A stretch of DNA of 63,465 nucleotides, counting the filler. It is 4 parts of 4 records of this genome, joined end to end, with 100 filler letters (N's around TTAATTAATTAA, not from the genome) between each part and the next. Parts side by side here need not be neighbours in the genome. Positions count along the whole stretch, not along the records: positions 1 to 23,417 come from SRR20825006_747; 3 more parts are not named here. One strand, written 5' to 3'. The position numbers and the translations under genes are program-made. Below are positions 9,781 through 20,502 of this stretch, one piece after another. The notes beneath the pieces were generated by a model that searched no databases, was not told the origin of the DNA, and worked only from the letters and a program-made list of their open reading frames with translations. Within the stretch, counting starts at the first letter, position 1. Each line of letters starts with the position of its first letter.

Positions 9781-9925
9781 GACGCACACGATCTATTAAC
9801 CAAACTGCATAACACTGCGGCACAACCGATTGCGAAATCAGGAAAACCCGTGATCCGGCACGATATACGACAGGGTCGCGATCTGATAGGTTAATTGCCC
9901 TGCCCGCGTTTTAACCAGAGGACAC

Positions 9926-10747
9926 ATGCTGGCGGCCCAATCTCCTCTCGTCTCTGTTGTCACTACCGCTTTCCAGGCGGAAGCGCATGTCGCACGGGCG
10001 CTCCGCTCTGCGAGCATGCTGGACACTGACGCGCCGGTGGAAATCATCCTGTTCGACGACGGATCGACGGACGGCACGCTGGCGGCTGCACGCGCCGAGG
10101 CGGAAGCAGATCCGCGCATCCGCGTTATCGAGGGCGGCCGTCAAGGCCGGGCACGGGCACTAAACCTGGCGATCCGCGCCGCCAAAGGCCGCTATATCGC
10201 CATTCTCGACGCGGATGATATCGCCCTTCCATACCGCCTGCGGGCCACGCTTCCAGTCCTTGAGGCACATCCCGCGCTGGCCATGGCGTGCTCGGAGGCG
10301 ATTGTTTTCGAAGGCACCATTCCCCAACCTCCCGCCCCGGCAGGCCGGGACGCGCGCGTGCGCCGGATCACCCCCGCCATGCTGTACGCTTCCAACCGGA
10401 TTACCCATTCAACCGTGCTGTTCCGGCGCACGGCGTGGGAACAGGCCGGGGGCTATGACGAGCGGCTCGATATCTGCATCGATTATGCGTTCTATTTTCG
10501 CCTGCTCCGGATCGGCGGGATTGGCCAGACGGACGCCGTGACCTGCCTGCGAGAGCGCCGGGACGACAGCTATTTCGCGGCCCGGCGCCAGCGGGACTAC
10601 AGCAATGCCCTGTCCGTGATACGGGCTGAAGCGCGCAGCACCATGGCAATCCCGCTCTGGGCACAGCTCTCCGCCACTGTCCGGTCCGTCCGGCTTGGCG
10701 CGAAACATCTGTGTGGCCAATTGCACGCATCATCGGGAACGGCCTGA
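9926..10747 (+). CDS. Glycosyltransferase family 2
   Basis: VSVV, DDGSTDGT, LDADD motifs. Confidence 0.9.
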   Translation: MLAAQSPLVSVVTTAFQAEAHVARALRSASMLDTDAPVEIILFDDGSTDGTLAAARAEAEADPRIRVIEGGRQGRARALNLAIRAAKGRYIAILDADDIALPYRLRATLPVLEAHPALAMACSEAIVFEGTIPQPPAPAGRDARVRRITPAMLYASNRITHSTVLFRRTAWEQAGGYDERLDICIDYAFYFRLLRIGGIGQTDAVTCLRERRDDSYFAARRQRDYSNALSVIRAEARSTMAIPLWAQLSATVRSVRLGAKHLCGQLHASSGTA

Positions 10748-10749
10748 GC

Positions 10750-12063
10750 ATGGCGAGACATCCTCGCATGCCCGGAACGCCCGGAACGCCAAGCAATGGA
10801 GCCGGCAGTGCCGCGGCACAGGCGGCCCTGTATCGCAGCGCCGGCGGTATCCGGCAGCTCGGTCAGGCGGCGCCACTCAGCGTTTCGCTGCTGATGTTCA
10901 TCATCTTTGCCCAGGCGCTTGTCACCATCCCGGCTCAGTTCCGCATTATCCCGCAGATATCCCTCGGCGGCTTTCTCTCGCTTCTGTTCGTCGTTCTACT
11001 GATCATGCATTTCCTGATGCGGCCCTACGTGGTGCGCGAGATCCGCTGGTCGACTTTCATGTTCCTCCTGTTCACCGCATGGATCGCCTACGGTTTCATC
11101 TTCTACCGGCTGACGGTGCAGGGCATTCAGAACACGGTTATCATCATCTCCAGCATCCTCTCCTTCATCATCGCAGCACAGGTGGCGAAGAGCATCCGCG
11201 CGCCGACCCGTGCCATTGTCCGCGCCATATTGATAGCGATCTGGATACCGGCGGTGATCTATGTGCTGGCGATCCCGGTGCTCGGGTTTGGTCATCTGGA
11301 GATTTTCGCACCGCGCTCTCTTGCCGGATTCCTGCTGATCGGCATCGCCATCCATTGCGGCTACTGGCGGCATGGCTCGCGCAGCGATCTCTGGCTGGCT
11401 CTCTTTCTTTATGCGGTGGTGGTGCTCTCCCTCTCGCGCGCGGCGATGGGCATGGGGCTTGGCGTCTTCATCCTGGCGCAGCTCCGGCTGAACAGTTTTT
11501 CCGGCTGGTTCCGGATGCTCGCCATACTCTCGGTCGCCGTCGGGCTCGCCGCATTCATGCTGCTGAATTTCGAACCCTTGAGACAGCGCTTCTTCACCGG
11601 CGACCTGTCGGCGGCTGTCGGCGGCGTGAAGATCAACACGATGGGCCGGATCCTGGCCTGGACCACGGTGATCAATTCCGCCCTCGAAGCACCGATCGTT
11701 GGCAAGGGTCCAGCCTCGAGTTCCGAGGCTCTGGTAGTTCTGCATGCCGGGATCGAGCAACCGCATAACGACTATCTGCGGATCTGGCACGATTACGGGC
11801 TCATCGGCATCATGCTCTGGTTCAGCGCTTTCGGCAGCATGATGCTGGCCTGCCGTCGGCAATATGTCCTGTTCCGTAAATGGGGCGCCCGGGAGACCTC
11901 CCTCGGGGCCTCCACCTTACTGGCGCAGATCACGCTGCTCGCCCTGATGCTGACCGATAATGTCCTGATCTATTTCTACAACATGGTCCCGATTTTCATC
12001 CTCTCAGGCCTCGTATTGGGATCGATCCCGCATGCCCCGCTGCTCCGTCGTTCTGCTTCTTAA
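10750..12063 (+). CDS. O-antigen ligase / Wzy polymerase family membrane protein
   Basis: Multi-TM; SLSRAA, GR..AW, PIVGKG, PHNDYL motifs. Confidence 0.82.
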   Translation: MARHPRMPGTPGTPSNGAGSAAAQAALYRSAGGIRQLGQAAPLSVSLLMFIIFAQALVTIPAQFRIIPQISLGGFLSLLFVVLLIMHFLMRPYVVREIRWSTFMFLLFTAWIAYGFIFYRLTVQGIQNTVIIISSILSFIIAAQVAKSIRAPTRAIVRAILIAIWIPAVIYVLAIPVLGFGHLEIFAPRSLAGFLLIGIAIHCGYWRHGSRSDLWLALFLYAVVVLSLSRAAMGMGLGVFILAQLRLNSFSGWFRMLAILSVAVGLAAFMLLNFEPLRQRFFTGDLSAAVGGVKINTMGRILAWTTVINSALEAPIVGKGPASSSEALVVLHAGIEQPHNDYLRIWHDYGLIGIMLWFSAFGSMMLACRRQYVLFRKWGARETSLGASTLLAQITLLALMLTDNVLIYFYNMVPIFILSGLVLGSIPHAPLLRRSAS

Positions 12064-13192
12064 CATCGTGCCGCCGTACCGCGTTGCGCTGTTCCAGGCG
12101 CTGGAGCGGGAGGTGCGCCGGCTGACCGTGCTTGTCTCCACCGGTATGGAGGCCGACCGCTCCTGGAAAGCGGACTGGCGCGGACTCGATGTCCGTGTCT
12201 CCCGCTCCCTTACCCTGCCATACCGGCGGCGCCACCCGGACGGGTTCGGCGAGGATCTGTCCACCCATCTCAGCGTCGACATGCTCCCGCGCCTGTGTGC
12301 GCTGGCACCGGATATCGTCATCAGCGCCGAATTCGGTGCCCGCACCCTGCAGGCCTGCCTTTATCGCTGTCTGGCACCGCTTATGGGCCGGCGCACGAGA
12401 CTGCTGCTCTGGGCCACCGTGTCCGAGCACAGCGAGCGCGGACGCGGATGGGCTCGCACGTGCCTCCGGCGGCTGCTGGCGAAGGGGGTGGACGGGGCCA
12501 TGACCAACGGCGAGTCCGGTGCCCGGTATCTGGAAAGCATCGGGTTCGCGCCCGAGCGGATTTTCCGCATCCACCAGTCAACCGATCTCGACCGTTACGC
12601 GCATCCGGACAGCACCGCCCGTCCGGCGGCCGAAGCGAGCCGGACGCTCCGTCTGGTCACGGTGGGCAGCCTGATACAGCGCAAGGGCCTCCGGACCTTT
12701 CTGCAACATCTGATCCTGTGGTGCACAACCCATCCGGACCGGATCATCGAGTGGCGGCTGATCGGCGACGGGCCGGAGAGAATTGCACTGGAAACGCTGG
12801 TGCTGCCCGCCAATCTCAAGCTCGGCTTTCTTGGCGACGTGGACTACGAAGATGTTCCCGCCCTGATGGCCGATGCCGACCTGCTGGCTTTCCCCACCCT
12901 TGCCGACGAATGGGGCCTGGTTGTCAACGAGGCCATGGCGGCGGGCCTGCCGGTGCTGGCGAGTTGCCGTGCCCAAGCGGCCGAGGAGATGGTCACGGAG
13001 GGTGAAAACGGCTGGCTTTTCGATCCCCTCGACCCCGCATCGACCGACAGGACTCTCAGCCGCGCCCTCGACACTCCGGCAGAACTCCGGGTGGCCATGG
13101 GAGAAGCGGCACGCCTGACCTCCGCGCGTTTCTCGCACGCGAACACCGTCCGGCGGATCATGCAGGCCATCGAGGCGGTATCGGCCCGATGA
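12032..13192 (+). CDS. Glycosyltransferase family 4
   Basis: PYR start, VGSLIQRKG, DEWGLVVNEAMAAGLPV. Confidence 0.9.
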   Translation: MPRCSVVLLLNIVPPYRVALFQALEREVRRLTVLVSTGMEADRSWKADWRGLDVRVSRSLTLPYRRRHPDGFGEDLSTHLSVDMLPRLCALAPDIVISAEFGARTLQACLYRCLAPLMGRRTRLLLWATVSEHSERGRGWARTCLRRLLAKGVDGAMTNGESGARYLESIGFAPERIFRIHQSTDLDRYAHPDSTARPAAEASRTLRLVTVGSLIQRKGLRTFLQHLILWCTTHPDRIIEWRLIGDGPERIALETLVLPANLKLGFLGDVDYEDVPALMADADLLAFPTLADEWGLVVNEAMAAGLPVLASCRAQAAEEMVTEGENGWLFDPLDPASTDRTLSRALDTPAELRVAMGEAARLTSARFSHANTVRRIMQAIEAVSAR

Positions 13193-14361
13193 AAATCCTG
13201 TTCGCGCATTGCCGCTACCAGCAGGCCGGAGGAGAGGATCGGGCCGTCGAGGCCGAGATGGCCGCGTTGCGCGGCGCCGGATATGACGTTGCAATCCTGG
13301 AACGGGATAACGAGAGCATCTCAACCCTCGGGGCCAAGGCTGCAACGGCCTGGTCGTTGCCGGGCACTGACGCGCTCCGGGCCGGGCTGCGCGCCGAGAT
13401 CGCGGAACATGCACCCGATATCGTGCATGCCCATAACATCTTCCCGCTGATCACGGCGTCGCTGTATGACGCCGCCCGCGACCTCGGCATTCCCGTCGTC
13501 CAGACACTGCATAATTACCGGAATATCTGTGCTTCGGCCCTGCTCATGCGGGATGGCCGGATTTGCGAGGACTGTATCGGCGGCAGCCCTTACCAGGCCG
13601 TGCTGCATCGCTGCTATCGCGAGAGCATCCCCGGGTCATTCGCCCTCGCACGCATGATCGCGCACCACCGTGACAAGGATACCTGGAGCCGGTCGGTTGA
13701 CCGCTTCATCGCCCTTTCCGAGTTCTCCAAGAGCCGCTTCGTCGCGGCCGGCTTTCCCGCCGGCCGGGTCATTGTGAAGCCGAACAGCCCGGGTGCGCTT
13801 TTCGCCGACAAACCGGAGGCGCAAGACAGATCCGGCGCCCTTTATGTCGGCCGTCTTTCTCCGGAAAAAGGCATCGCCCCATTGCTCCGGCTGTGGAAGA
13901 AGGACTGGCCGCCCCTGCGTGTGGTCGGCGACGGTCCCGACGCACCGGTCCTGAATGACGCCGTCCGGGATGGCCGGGCCATCGCGCTTGGTACGCTCGG
14001 CCCCGACGCCATCGCCAGCGAGATGCGCCGTGCCGCACTCTGCGTCATCCCCTCCCGGTGCTACGAGAATTTCCCGATGGTGATCGCGGAAGCCTTTGCC
14101 TCCGGCCTGCCCGTGCTCGCCTCCAATATCGGCGCGCTTGGAGAGCTGGTGGAGGAAGATCGGACCGGCGCCCGCTTCGATCCGTTCGATCCGAACAGCA
14201 TGATTCGCGTCATCGATGCCGCCTTCGCCGAGCCGGATCGCCTGGCACGATGGGGCGCCACGGCGCGGGCGCATTACGAGAAACATCTGACCACGGCAGA
14301 GACGATGTCACAGCAGACCGCACTCTATGAAAGCCTGACAGGCGGGACAGCAAGAGCGTGA
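13189..14361 (+). CDS. Glycosyltransferase family 4
   Basis: GGED, TLHNYR, VGRLSPEKG, ENFPMVIAEAFASGLPV; ATGA overlap with the previous gene. Confidence 0.9.
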   Translation: MKILFAHCRYQQAGGEDRAVEAEMAALRGAGYDVAILERDNESISTLGAKAATAWSLPGTDALRAGLRAEIAEHAPDIVHAHNIFPLITASLYDAARDLGIPVVQTLHNYRNICASALLMRDGRICEDCIGGSPYQAVLHRCYRESIPGSFALARMIAHHRDKDTWSRSVDRFIALSEFSKSRFVAAGFPAGRVIVKPNSPGALFADKPEAQDRSGALYVGRLSPEKGIAPLLRLWKKDWPPLRVVGDGPDAPVLNDAVRDGRAIALGTLGPDAIASEMRRAALCVIPSRCYENFPMVIAEAFASGLPVLASNIGALGELVEEDRTGARFDPFDPNSMIRVIDAAFAEPDRLARWGATARAHYEKHLTTAETMSQQTALYESLTGGTARA

Positions 14362-15140
14362 CGAAAGATCATCCCGACATCCAAATGGTACCGGTGCTGG
14401 GCCGCAAAATCGCCGCCGGGCGCTTTGCTGCGGTGGCGGAGGCCATCCTTGCCTGCGCCCGTTCAGCGAAACCGGCCTATGCCTGCGTTTCCGGCGCCCA
14501 TCCTCTCTCGCTCGCCAAAGCCGATCCGGATTTCGCCGCCGCCCTAGACGGTGCGGCACTGATCACACCGGACGGCATGCCGGTAAAATGGATGCTCACT
14601 CTGAAAGGACACCCCGAAAGCGAACGGGTGGCCGGGCCGGACCTGGCGCCCTGGCTGATCTCGCAGGCAGAAGGCGCGGGCCTGCCCGTTTATTTCTATG
14701 GCGGCATGCCGGACGAACTCGAAGACCTGCGCCGCGCTCTCGCCGTGACCCACCCGAAGCTGAATGTCGTCGGCTGGGAGAGCCCGCCACTGCTCCCGGA
14801 GCGGCCGGATTTCGATGCGGAAGTGGCCGAGCGGATGAATGCAAGCGGCGCCAAACTGATTTTCATCGGCCTCGGCTGCCCGCGTCAGGAATTCTGGATG
14901 GTCCGGCACAGCACCGCCGTGAACGGCACCATGGTCGGCATCGGCGCCGCTTTCAATTTCATGTCTGGCAGGCTGGAGCGGGCGCCACGCGCCATGCGGT
15001 CTCTCGGCCTTGAATGGCTGTACCGCATTCTGCAGGAGCCCCGGCGCCTGATTGGCCGCTACCTGCTGCACAATTCCCGTTTCATCTGGTTCGCCCTGCT
15101 CGATCTGATCGCGCACTGGTGCAAGCGGGAGGAACGCTGA
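14358..15140 (+). CDS. WecB/TagA/CpsF family glycosyltransferase (GT26)
   Basis: PDGMP, RVAGPDL, GLGCPRQE, GLEWLYR..QEPRRL. Confidence 0.92.
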   Translation: MTKDHPDIQMVPVLGRKIAAGRFAAVAEAILACARSAKPAYACVSGAHPLSLAKADPDFAAALDGAALITPDGMPVKWMLTLKGHPESERVAGPDLAPWLISQAEGAGLPVYFYGGMPDELEDLRRALAVTHPKLNVVGWESPPLLPERPDFDAEVAERMNASGAKLIFIGLGCPRQEFWMVRHSTAVNGTMVGIGAAFNFMSGRLERAPRAMRSLGLEWLYRILQEPRRLIGRYLLHNSRFIWFALLDLIAHWCKREER

Positions 15141-16066
15141 TGGCCGGTTATCTTGTCACCGGCGGATGCGGCTTTATCGGCAGGCACCTTACCACCGCCC
15201 TGCTGCAGGCCGGACACGGCGTCACCGTGCTGGACGATCTGTCTTCCGGCGATCCGGCGAAATTGCCCTCGGCGGCACGCCTTGAAGAAGGGTGCGTCAC
15301 CGATGCGGACAAGCTTGCCAGACTGGCGAAGGATGCGGACGGTGTCTTCCACCTCGCGGCGATCGCCTCCATCGCCGCCGCCGAAGCGAACCCGGACCGG
15401 GCGCATGCAGTCAATGCCGGTGGCGCCGCCAATGCCGTTGCTGCCACGGCACGGAGCCGCGTTCCTCTGGTGCTGATCTCTTCCGCGGCGGTCTATGGCG
15501 ACGCGGGACCGGGTATGGTTTCCGAGACCTATCCATGCCGGCCATTGTCCGCCTATGGCGCCGACAAATTGCAGGGCGAACAGCATGCGCTGAAAGCTGT
15601 CGAAAAAGGCCTGGCCACCACCATCGTCAGACCCTTCAACGTTTATGGACCTGGTCAGGATGCGGGCTCGCCCTATGCCGGGGTGATCTCCCGCTTCATT
15701 GCAGCCGCACTCTCCGGAGCCCCGCTCCGGGTGGATGGCGATGGCAGCCAGAGCCGGGACTTCATCTTCATTGACGATCTCATCCGCCTGCTGACATCTG
15801 CGATATCCCAACCCCGGCCTGGCACCCTGATCGTGAACGGGTGCACCGGAATTGCCACCAGCGTTAAAACACTGGCCCGTGAGATCGGCCGTATTTGCGG
15901 TGATGATATCCGGATCGACCCCGGACCCGGCCGGTCCGGCGGTGTGGCCCATTCTCTGGGAGATCCGGCCCGGGCGGCAGAATTGTTTGCGTTTCGCGCC
16001 GGCGTCACGCTGCCGGACGGCTTGCAGCGCGCCCTGGACTGGCAGCAAAAAGCGGCTCGTCAGTAG
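15140..16066 (+). CDS. NAD-dependent epimerase/dehydratase
   Basis: TGGCGFIG, YGADK (YxxxK), FNVYGPGQ. True start ATG 15140 overlaps the upstream stop. Confidence 0.9.
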   Translation: MAGYLVTGGCGFIGRHLTTALLQAGHGVTVLDDLSSGDPAKLPSAARLEEGCVTDADKLARLAKDADGVFHLAAIASIAAAEANPDRAHAVNAGGAANAVAATARSRVPLVLISSAAVYGDAGPGMVSETYPCRPLSAYGADKLQGEQHALKAVEKGLATTIVRPFNVYGPGQDAGSPYAGVISRFIAAALSGAPLRVDGDGSQSRDFIFIDDLIRLLTSAISQPRPGTLIVNGCTGIATSVKTLAREIGRICGDDIRIDPGPGRSGGVAHSLGDPARAAELFAFRAGVTLPDGLQRALDWQQKAARQ

Positions 16067-17472
16067 GCAGAGCGGCCGATCCCGACCTCGATCACGGTCA
16101 GGGCAAGAATCTTCAGGTCGAAGCCGAGAGACCAGTTCTCGATATAATGCAGGTCGAGCTCGACCCGGTGGCGCATCTTGTCGAGCGTATCGGTCTCCCC
16201 GCGCAAACCGTTCACCTGAGCCCAGCCGGTGATACCGGGCTTGACCCGGTGCCGGCCGAGATAGCCGTCGATCAGGCCCGCATAATGCTCATTGTGGGAA
16301 ACCGCGTGCGGACGCGGCCCGACCAGCGACATGCTGCCTCCCAGAACATTCAGCAACTGCGGGAGCTCATCCAGACTGCTCCGGCGCAGAAACCGGCCGA
16401 GCGTTGTGATACGCGGATCATCCCGGGTGGCCTGCCGAAGGGGCTGGTCCTGCCCGGTTTCGCCTCCGGTAATCCCGTCACCGTCCCGCACCATGCTCCG
16501 GAACTTGAGCATCATGAATTCGTCATTGTTGAAGCCGTAGCGCTTCTGCCGGAACAGCACCGGGCGGCCCATGGTGATCATGATGGCCAGTGCGATGAGC
16601 AGCATGACCGGTGCCAGGACGATCAGCAGGAGTCCCCCCAGGACAAGATCGACGCAGCGCTTCTGCACACTTTCCCAGCCAACGATCGGAAGGTCCGCCA
16701 GAATCAAGCCGGCCTGCCCTGCGATCCGGTCGATTCCGAGCGCCGGAACCCCATGCAGATAGGAGGGCAGCCGCAAACGTATGTTGACCGGTTGATCCTT
16801 AAGTGTGGCCAGCGCCGCCCGAAAGGCGGTTTCCTCGTCGGGCTCATAACACAGCAGCACATCGTCTACCCGGCCGGCCGCGATGATCTTGCGCAGGCTC
16901 TCCTCGCTGCCATGCAAAGGCACACCTTGCAGGGTCTCGCCAGGTATGCCGCCGCTGACAAAGCCGCCGACCAGACGGGGTCCACCGCGATGGGTGAGCA
17001 ATATCTGCACCGCCTCGTTCACCAGCCGGGGCGAGCCAAGGACCGCCACCCGGTTGGCGAACCGGCCACTCCTCCGTACCTTGGAGACCCAGGCCAGCAC
17101 CGTAATTCGCACCAAAATCAGGGCAACACCACCGCCCAGCACCACGACAAGCAGCCAGAAGCGCGAGAAATCCTCGGATATCTTGAAGGCATAGAGCGCG
17201 ACCACGAAAATGATCATCGTGCCGATCCAGCAGCGCAACGCCTGCATCACATGGATCCGCCGCACATCGCTGCGATCAAAGGCATAACTGTTCTGACTGA
17301 TGCCGCAGATCAGATACAGCGCGCAGATAAAAAGTCCGCCGAGCAGGTAACGTTCTGGCAGCTCGAAGCTGCCATTGCGGACCGCATAAGCGACGATATT
17401 GATCGCATAGAGAGCCAGCGCCTCAAGCGAGGCCAACCAGACCGCCATCCAGATCAGCGTTTTGTTGCGCAT
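16060..17472 (-). CDS. Undecaprenyl-phosphate glucose phosphotransferase (priming GT, WcaJ/GumD type)
   Basis: [45 protein letters not shown]. Confidence 0.92.
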   Translation of the reverse strand: MRNKTLIWMAVWLASLEALALYAINIVAYAVRNGSFELPERYLLGGLFICALYLICGISQNSYAFDRSDVRRIHVMQALRCWIGTMIIFVVALYAFKISEDFSRFWLLVVVLGGGVALILVRITVLAWVSKVRRSGRFANRVAVLGSPRLVNEAVQILLTHRGGPRLVGGFVSGGIPGETLQGVPLHGSEESLRKIIAAGRVDDVLLCYEPDEETAFRAALATLKDQPVNIRLRLPSYLHGVPALGIDRIAGQAGLILADLPIVGWESVQKRCVDLVLGGLLLIVLAPVMLLIALAIMITMGRPVLFRQKRYGFNNDEFMMLKFRSMVRDGDGITGGETGQDQPLRQATRDDPRITTLGRFLRRSSLDELPQLLNVLGGSMSLVGPRPHAVSHNEHYAGLIDGYLGRHRVKPGITGWAQVNGLRGETDTLDKMRHRVELDLHYIENWSLGFDLKILALTVIEVGIGRSAY

Positions 17473-17501
17473 GATTTAGTGAGCCCAGCTCCGGCACCGC
17501 A

Positions 17502-19874
17502 TCATCGAGCACGCGCCCATTCCGTTTGACCGTCATCTTCCGGAGGTGCTGAATCGACGCCGTAATACTGCCCGTCATAGGCCTCCGCCCCGCCATCGAT
17601 CGACTGGATCCGGAGATTGTTCTTCGACATCACGATTCCGGCCAGATTTTCGCCGACCTCATAAACTTCCCGGATGGTCTGCTCCGCTGTCTCCCGCCGG
17701 GTGCGTTCCCACTCGACCACAAAGACGGTGGCATCGACCTGGGGGACCAACACCAGCGTGTCGGAAACCACCGAGGCAGGACCGCTGTCCAGCACGGTGA
17801 AATCGAAATTCTGCGCACTGTAGCGCAGCAACTCGGCCATCCGCCGGGAGCCGAAAAGATCGTCCGAATTCGACAGCAAGCCGCCCGTCGCAACATAGTG
17901 GATTCCGGTGGCCATATCGAATTCGATGGCATCCTCGATCTCGCCGTCGCCATTCAGATACTGCTTGAGGCCCCGGTTGGTCACACTGTCGATTTGTTTC
18001 GTGACGGTGCCATTCACCGTGTCGCAATCGATGACCAACGTCCGCAGCCCGGCCGAGACGGCATTCGCGACCAGCCCCAGAGCGATCGAGGACTTACCCT
18101 CTCCGGCAATTGAAGAGGTGATCAGCACAGTGCGGATCGGCTTGCCCTCGCCGAGCAGATTGAGCGCGGTACGCAGCTTCCTGATACCCTGCCCGACGGC
18201 CGATCCCGGCCGGCGGCGCACCATTTCAAACAGTGGCGCCCCGGAATCCTTCACCTGTTGCGACAACGGTATGCTGGCGATGACCGGCAATCCCGTCACC
18301 TGTTCGAGCTGCTTGGCATTCTTGAACCCGCGGATCAGAAAATCCATAAGCAGGGCCAGCAGGGCGGCAATGATCATCGAAGCAAGCAGCGAGGCAAGCA
18401 CCGCCAGTTTCTTCTTCGGCGCCACCGGCACCCGGGGCATGACCGCGCGGGAGATCACCTCGGCGCCGACCTGATCCGGCTCACGGCCCTCAAGATCCAC
18501 CGCGGCAAGCCGGTTCAGCATGACCTCGTAAAGATTCTGGTTGGCCGCCACTTCCGCCTGGATGGCGCGCAATTCGATCTCGGCATCCGCCTGGGATTCC
18601 ATGATCGCTTTCAGCTCTCCAACCGCATTGGCGACATTCGCCTCCCGCACCCGGGCAATCTCGGTCTCGTTACGCATCGACTGCACGATCTTGCGCACTT
18701 CGCCCGAGATCGTGACGCGCACGTCTTCGAGCTCCCGGCGGGTCTTGATGACGTCCGGATGACCGTCACGCAAGGTTGTGAGCTGCTCCGCGAGACGCTG
18801 TTGGATCTGCGATTCCTGCAGCCGCAAATTGTTGATCAGTTGGGAAGCAAGCACCGGCGCCAGGCTGGCCGTCCCGTCCGGCTGGTCGATCAGCAACTGC
18901 ACCTGACGCAGCCGGGCCTCGCGCTCAGCCCGCTCGGTGCTGGCCTGAATCAACTGGTCGTTCAGCTTGATCAGCTGCTGCTGCATCAACTCGGTGCCGC
19001 GAATATCCAGCAGACCTTCCTCACGGCGGAACCGCTCGAATTTCTGTTCGGAATCGAGGACTCTCTCCTGCAATGCCGCAACCTGGTCCGTCAGCCACTG
19101 GCTGGATTGCCGGATCGCCCGGTCCCGCTGGGTCCGCTTCTGCTCCAGAAAGAGCTCCGCGATGGTGTTCGGAACACGCGCGGCCAGAGCCGGATCGTTG
19201 CTGCGGAACTCGATGGTGATGACCCGCGACAACTGCTCTCCGTCAACCGTCAGCCGTTCGAGAAAATTGTCTGTTACATCCGCGCGCAACGCTTCCGGAG
19301 TAAGCTTTTCAGTTTTTTCCCGGCCCTTCATATAGGCGCCGGCATCGAAACCGAAATTCTCCCGCAGCCAGTGATCGGCCGCCCCGGTCCAGCTTGATAT
19401 CAGTGCGCGGAGATGCAGCATCTCCAGAAGCTCGCCTGCCGTATGACGCCATCCCACTTCACCTTCAGGCTGCAGGGACGGATTGAATTCCGGCACATCT
19501 TCCAGACCGAGCCGATCGATCACCAGAGCGGCGAAAGCACGGGATTTCAGGTAGGCGGTTTCCGTCGGCAGGTTCGTGTTGCTGGGCGACAGTGCCTGCG
19601 GCAGGGTGAATCCCTGAATATTGAAAGCCCCCTTGGACTCCGCCATCAGCAGTTTCGTGTAACCCGAATAGACCGGCTTCATCGAATAAACGATCAGTCC
19701 GGTCACCAGCGGCACCAGCAGCATCACGAACAGGATCAGGAGAAACCGGCGGCGCATGACCGACACGAGCCGCCAGAGATCGAATGTCTCACCGGTGTCC
19801 AGCGGATCGGCGAAAAGAGCCGACGGCGCTTCGGAAGAGCGTCTCGATCTGGGGAATGCCGTAACGTTCGCCAT
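17502..19874 (-). CDS. wzc: Polysaccharide co-polymerase / BY-kinase (Wzc/ExoP type)
   Basis: Two TMs around a coiled-coil loop, Walker A GEGKS, VIDCD, VLDSGP, short C-terminal Tyr cluster YDGQYY. Confidence 0.88.
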   Translation of the reverse strand: MANVTAFPRSRRSSEAPSALFADPLDTGETFDLWRLVSVMRRRFLLILFVMLLVPLVTGLIVYSMKPVYSGYTKLLMAESKGAFNIQGFTLPQALSPSNTNLPTETAYLKSRAFAALVIDRLGLEDVPEFNPSLQPEGEVGWRHTAGELLEMLHLRALISSWTGAADHWLRENFGFDAGAYMKGREKTEKLTPEALRADVTDNFLERLTVDGEQLSRVITIEFRSNDPALAARVPNTIAELFLEQKRTQRDRAIRQSSQWLTDQVAALQERVLDSEQKFERFRREEGLLDIRGTELMQQQLIKLNDQLIQASTERAEREARLRQVQLLIDQPDGTASLAPVLASQLINNLRLQESQIQQRLAEQLTTLRDGHPDVIKTRRELEDVRVTISGEVRKIVQSMRNETEIARVREANVANAVGELKAIMESQADAEIELRAIQAEVAANQNLYEVMLNRLAAVDLEGREPDQVGAEVISRAVMPRVPVAPKKKLAVLASLLASMIIAALLALLMDFLIRGFKNAKQLEQVTGLPVIASIPLSQQVKDSGAPLFEMVRRRPGSAVGQGIRKLRTALNLLGEGKPIRTVLITSSIAGEGKSSIALGLVANAVSAGLRTLVIDCDTVNGTVTKQIDSVTNRGLKQYLNGDGEIEDAIEFDMATGIHYVATGGLLSNSDDLFGSRRMAELLRYSAQNFDFTVLDSGPASVVSDTLVLVPQVDATVFVVEWERTRRETAEQTIREVYEVGENLAGIVMSKNNLRIQSIDGGAEAYDGQYYGVDSAPPEDDGQTEWARAR

Positions 19875-19882
19875 GTCCGTTC

Positions 19883-20488
19883 CTAGAACCAGCGCCGTTT
19901 GATCTCGATAACGTCACCCGGATAGACAGACGTGTCGAGACTCACATCGCGGACAGTCTGACCATGCTCGGTGCGCCGCGTCAGCAATGCCTGGGACTTC
20001 GCCGCCCGGCGCGTGAAGCCGCCGGCTTCCGCCACCGCCTTGCGCATATTCAGCCCAAGGACGAAATCGAAGCTGCCGGGCGTGTTCACCTCGCCCAGCA
20101 CATAGAAGGGCTGATACCGGGCAATGACGATATCGACCTTGGGATCGATGACATAATTGAGGTCGACGATTCCGGTCACCAGGGTCCGGAGCTCCAGCGC
20201 GGTCTTGCCCCGTGCTTCAATCTTCCCGACCAGCGGCAATTCCATGGCCCCGTCATCGGTAATGTCAACAATCGCGGACAGCTCCGGATGACCAAAGACC
20301 GTCACCGCCACGCGGTCTCCGGTAACCAGCCTGTATTCCGCGATGGTCGGCGTCGTTGGCGGCGGCAGCTCGTCGATATCGTTTGTGCCGCAGGCGGACA
20401 GCCCGAGACACAGAACGAGCCCCAACAGGGCGCCAACCGAGAGACGGGGCGCCGTGAGAAGCGAGGCGAGAGTGGAGACGAATCGCAT
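19883..20488 (-). CDS. Polysaccharide export lipoprotein (short Wza-like)
   Basis: Lipobox LSAC, YRL..GD, LPLVG, GEVNTPG, AGGFT. Confidence 0.88.
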   Translation of the reverse strand: MRFVSTLASLLTAPRLSVGALLGLVLCLGLSACGTNDIDELPPPTTPTIAEYRLVTGDRVAVTVFGHPELSAIVDITDDGAMELPLVGKIEARGKTALELRTLVTGIVDLNYVIDPKVDIVIARYQPFYVLGEVNTPGSFDFVLGLNMRKAVAEAGGFTRRAAKSQALLTRRTEHGQTVRDVSLDTSVYPGDVIEIKRRWF

Positions 20489-20502
20489 CTCTATTCTATC
20501 TC

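Noticed and set aside
16147-19397. Long antisense ORFs (16147-17529, 18258-19397; also 22067-23302 and 60730-62043)
   Set aside because: Shadow frames of GC-rich genes, with no recognisable motifs.
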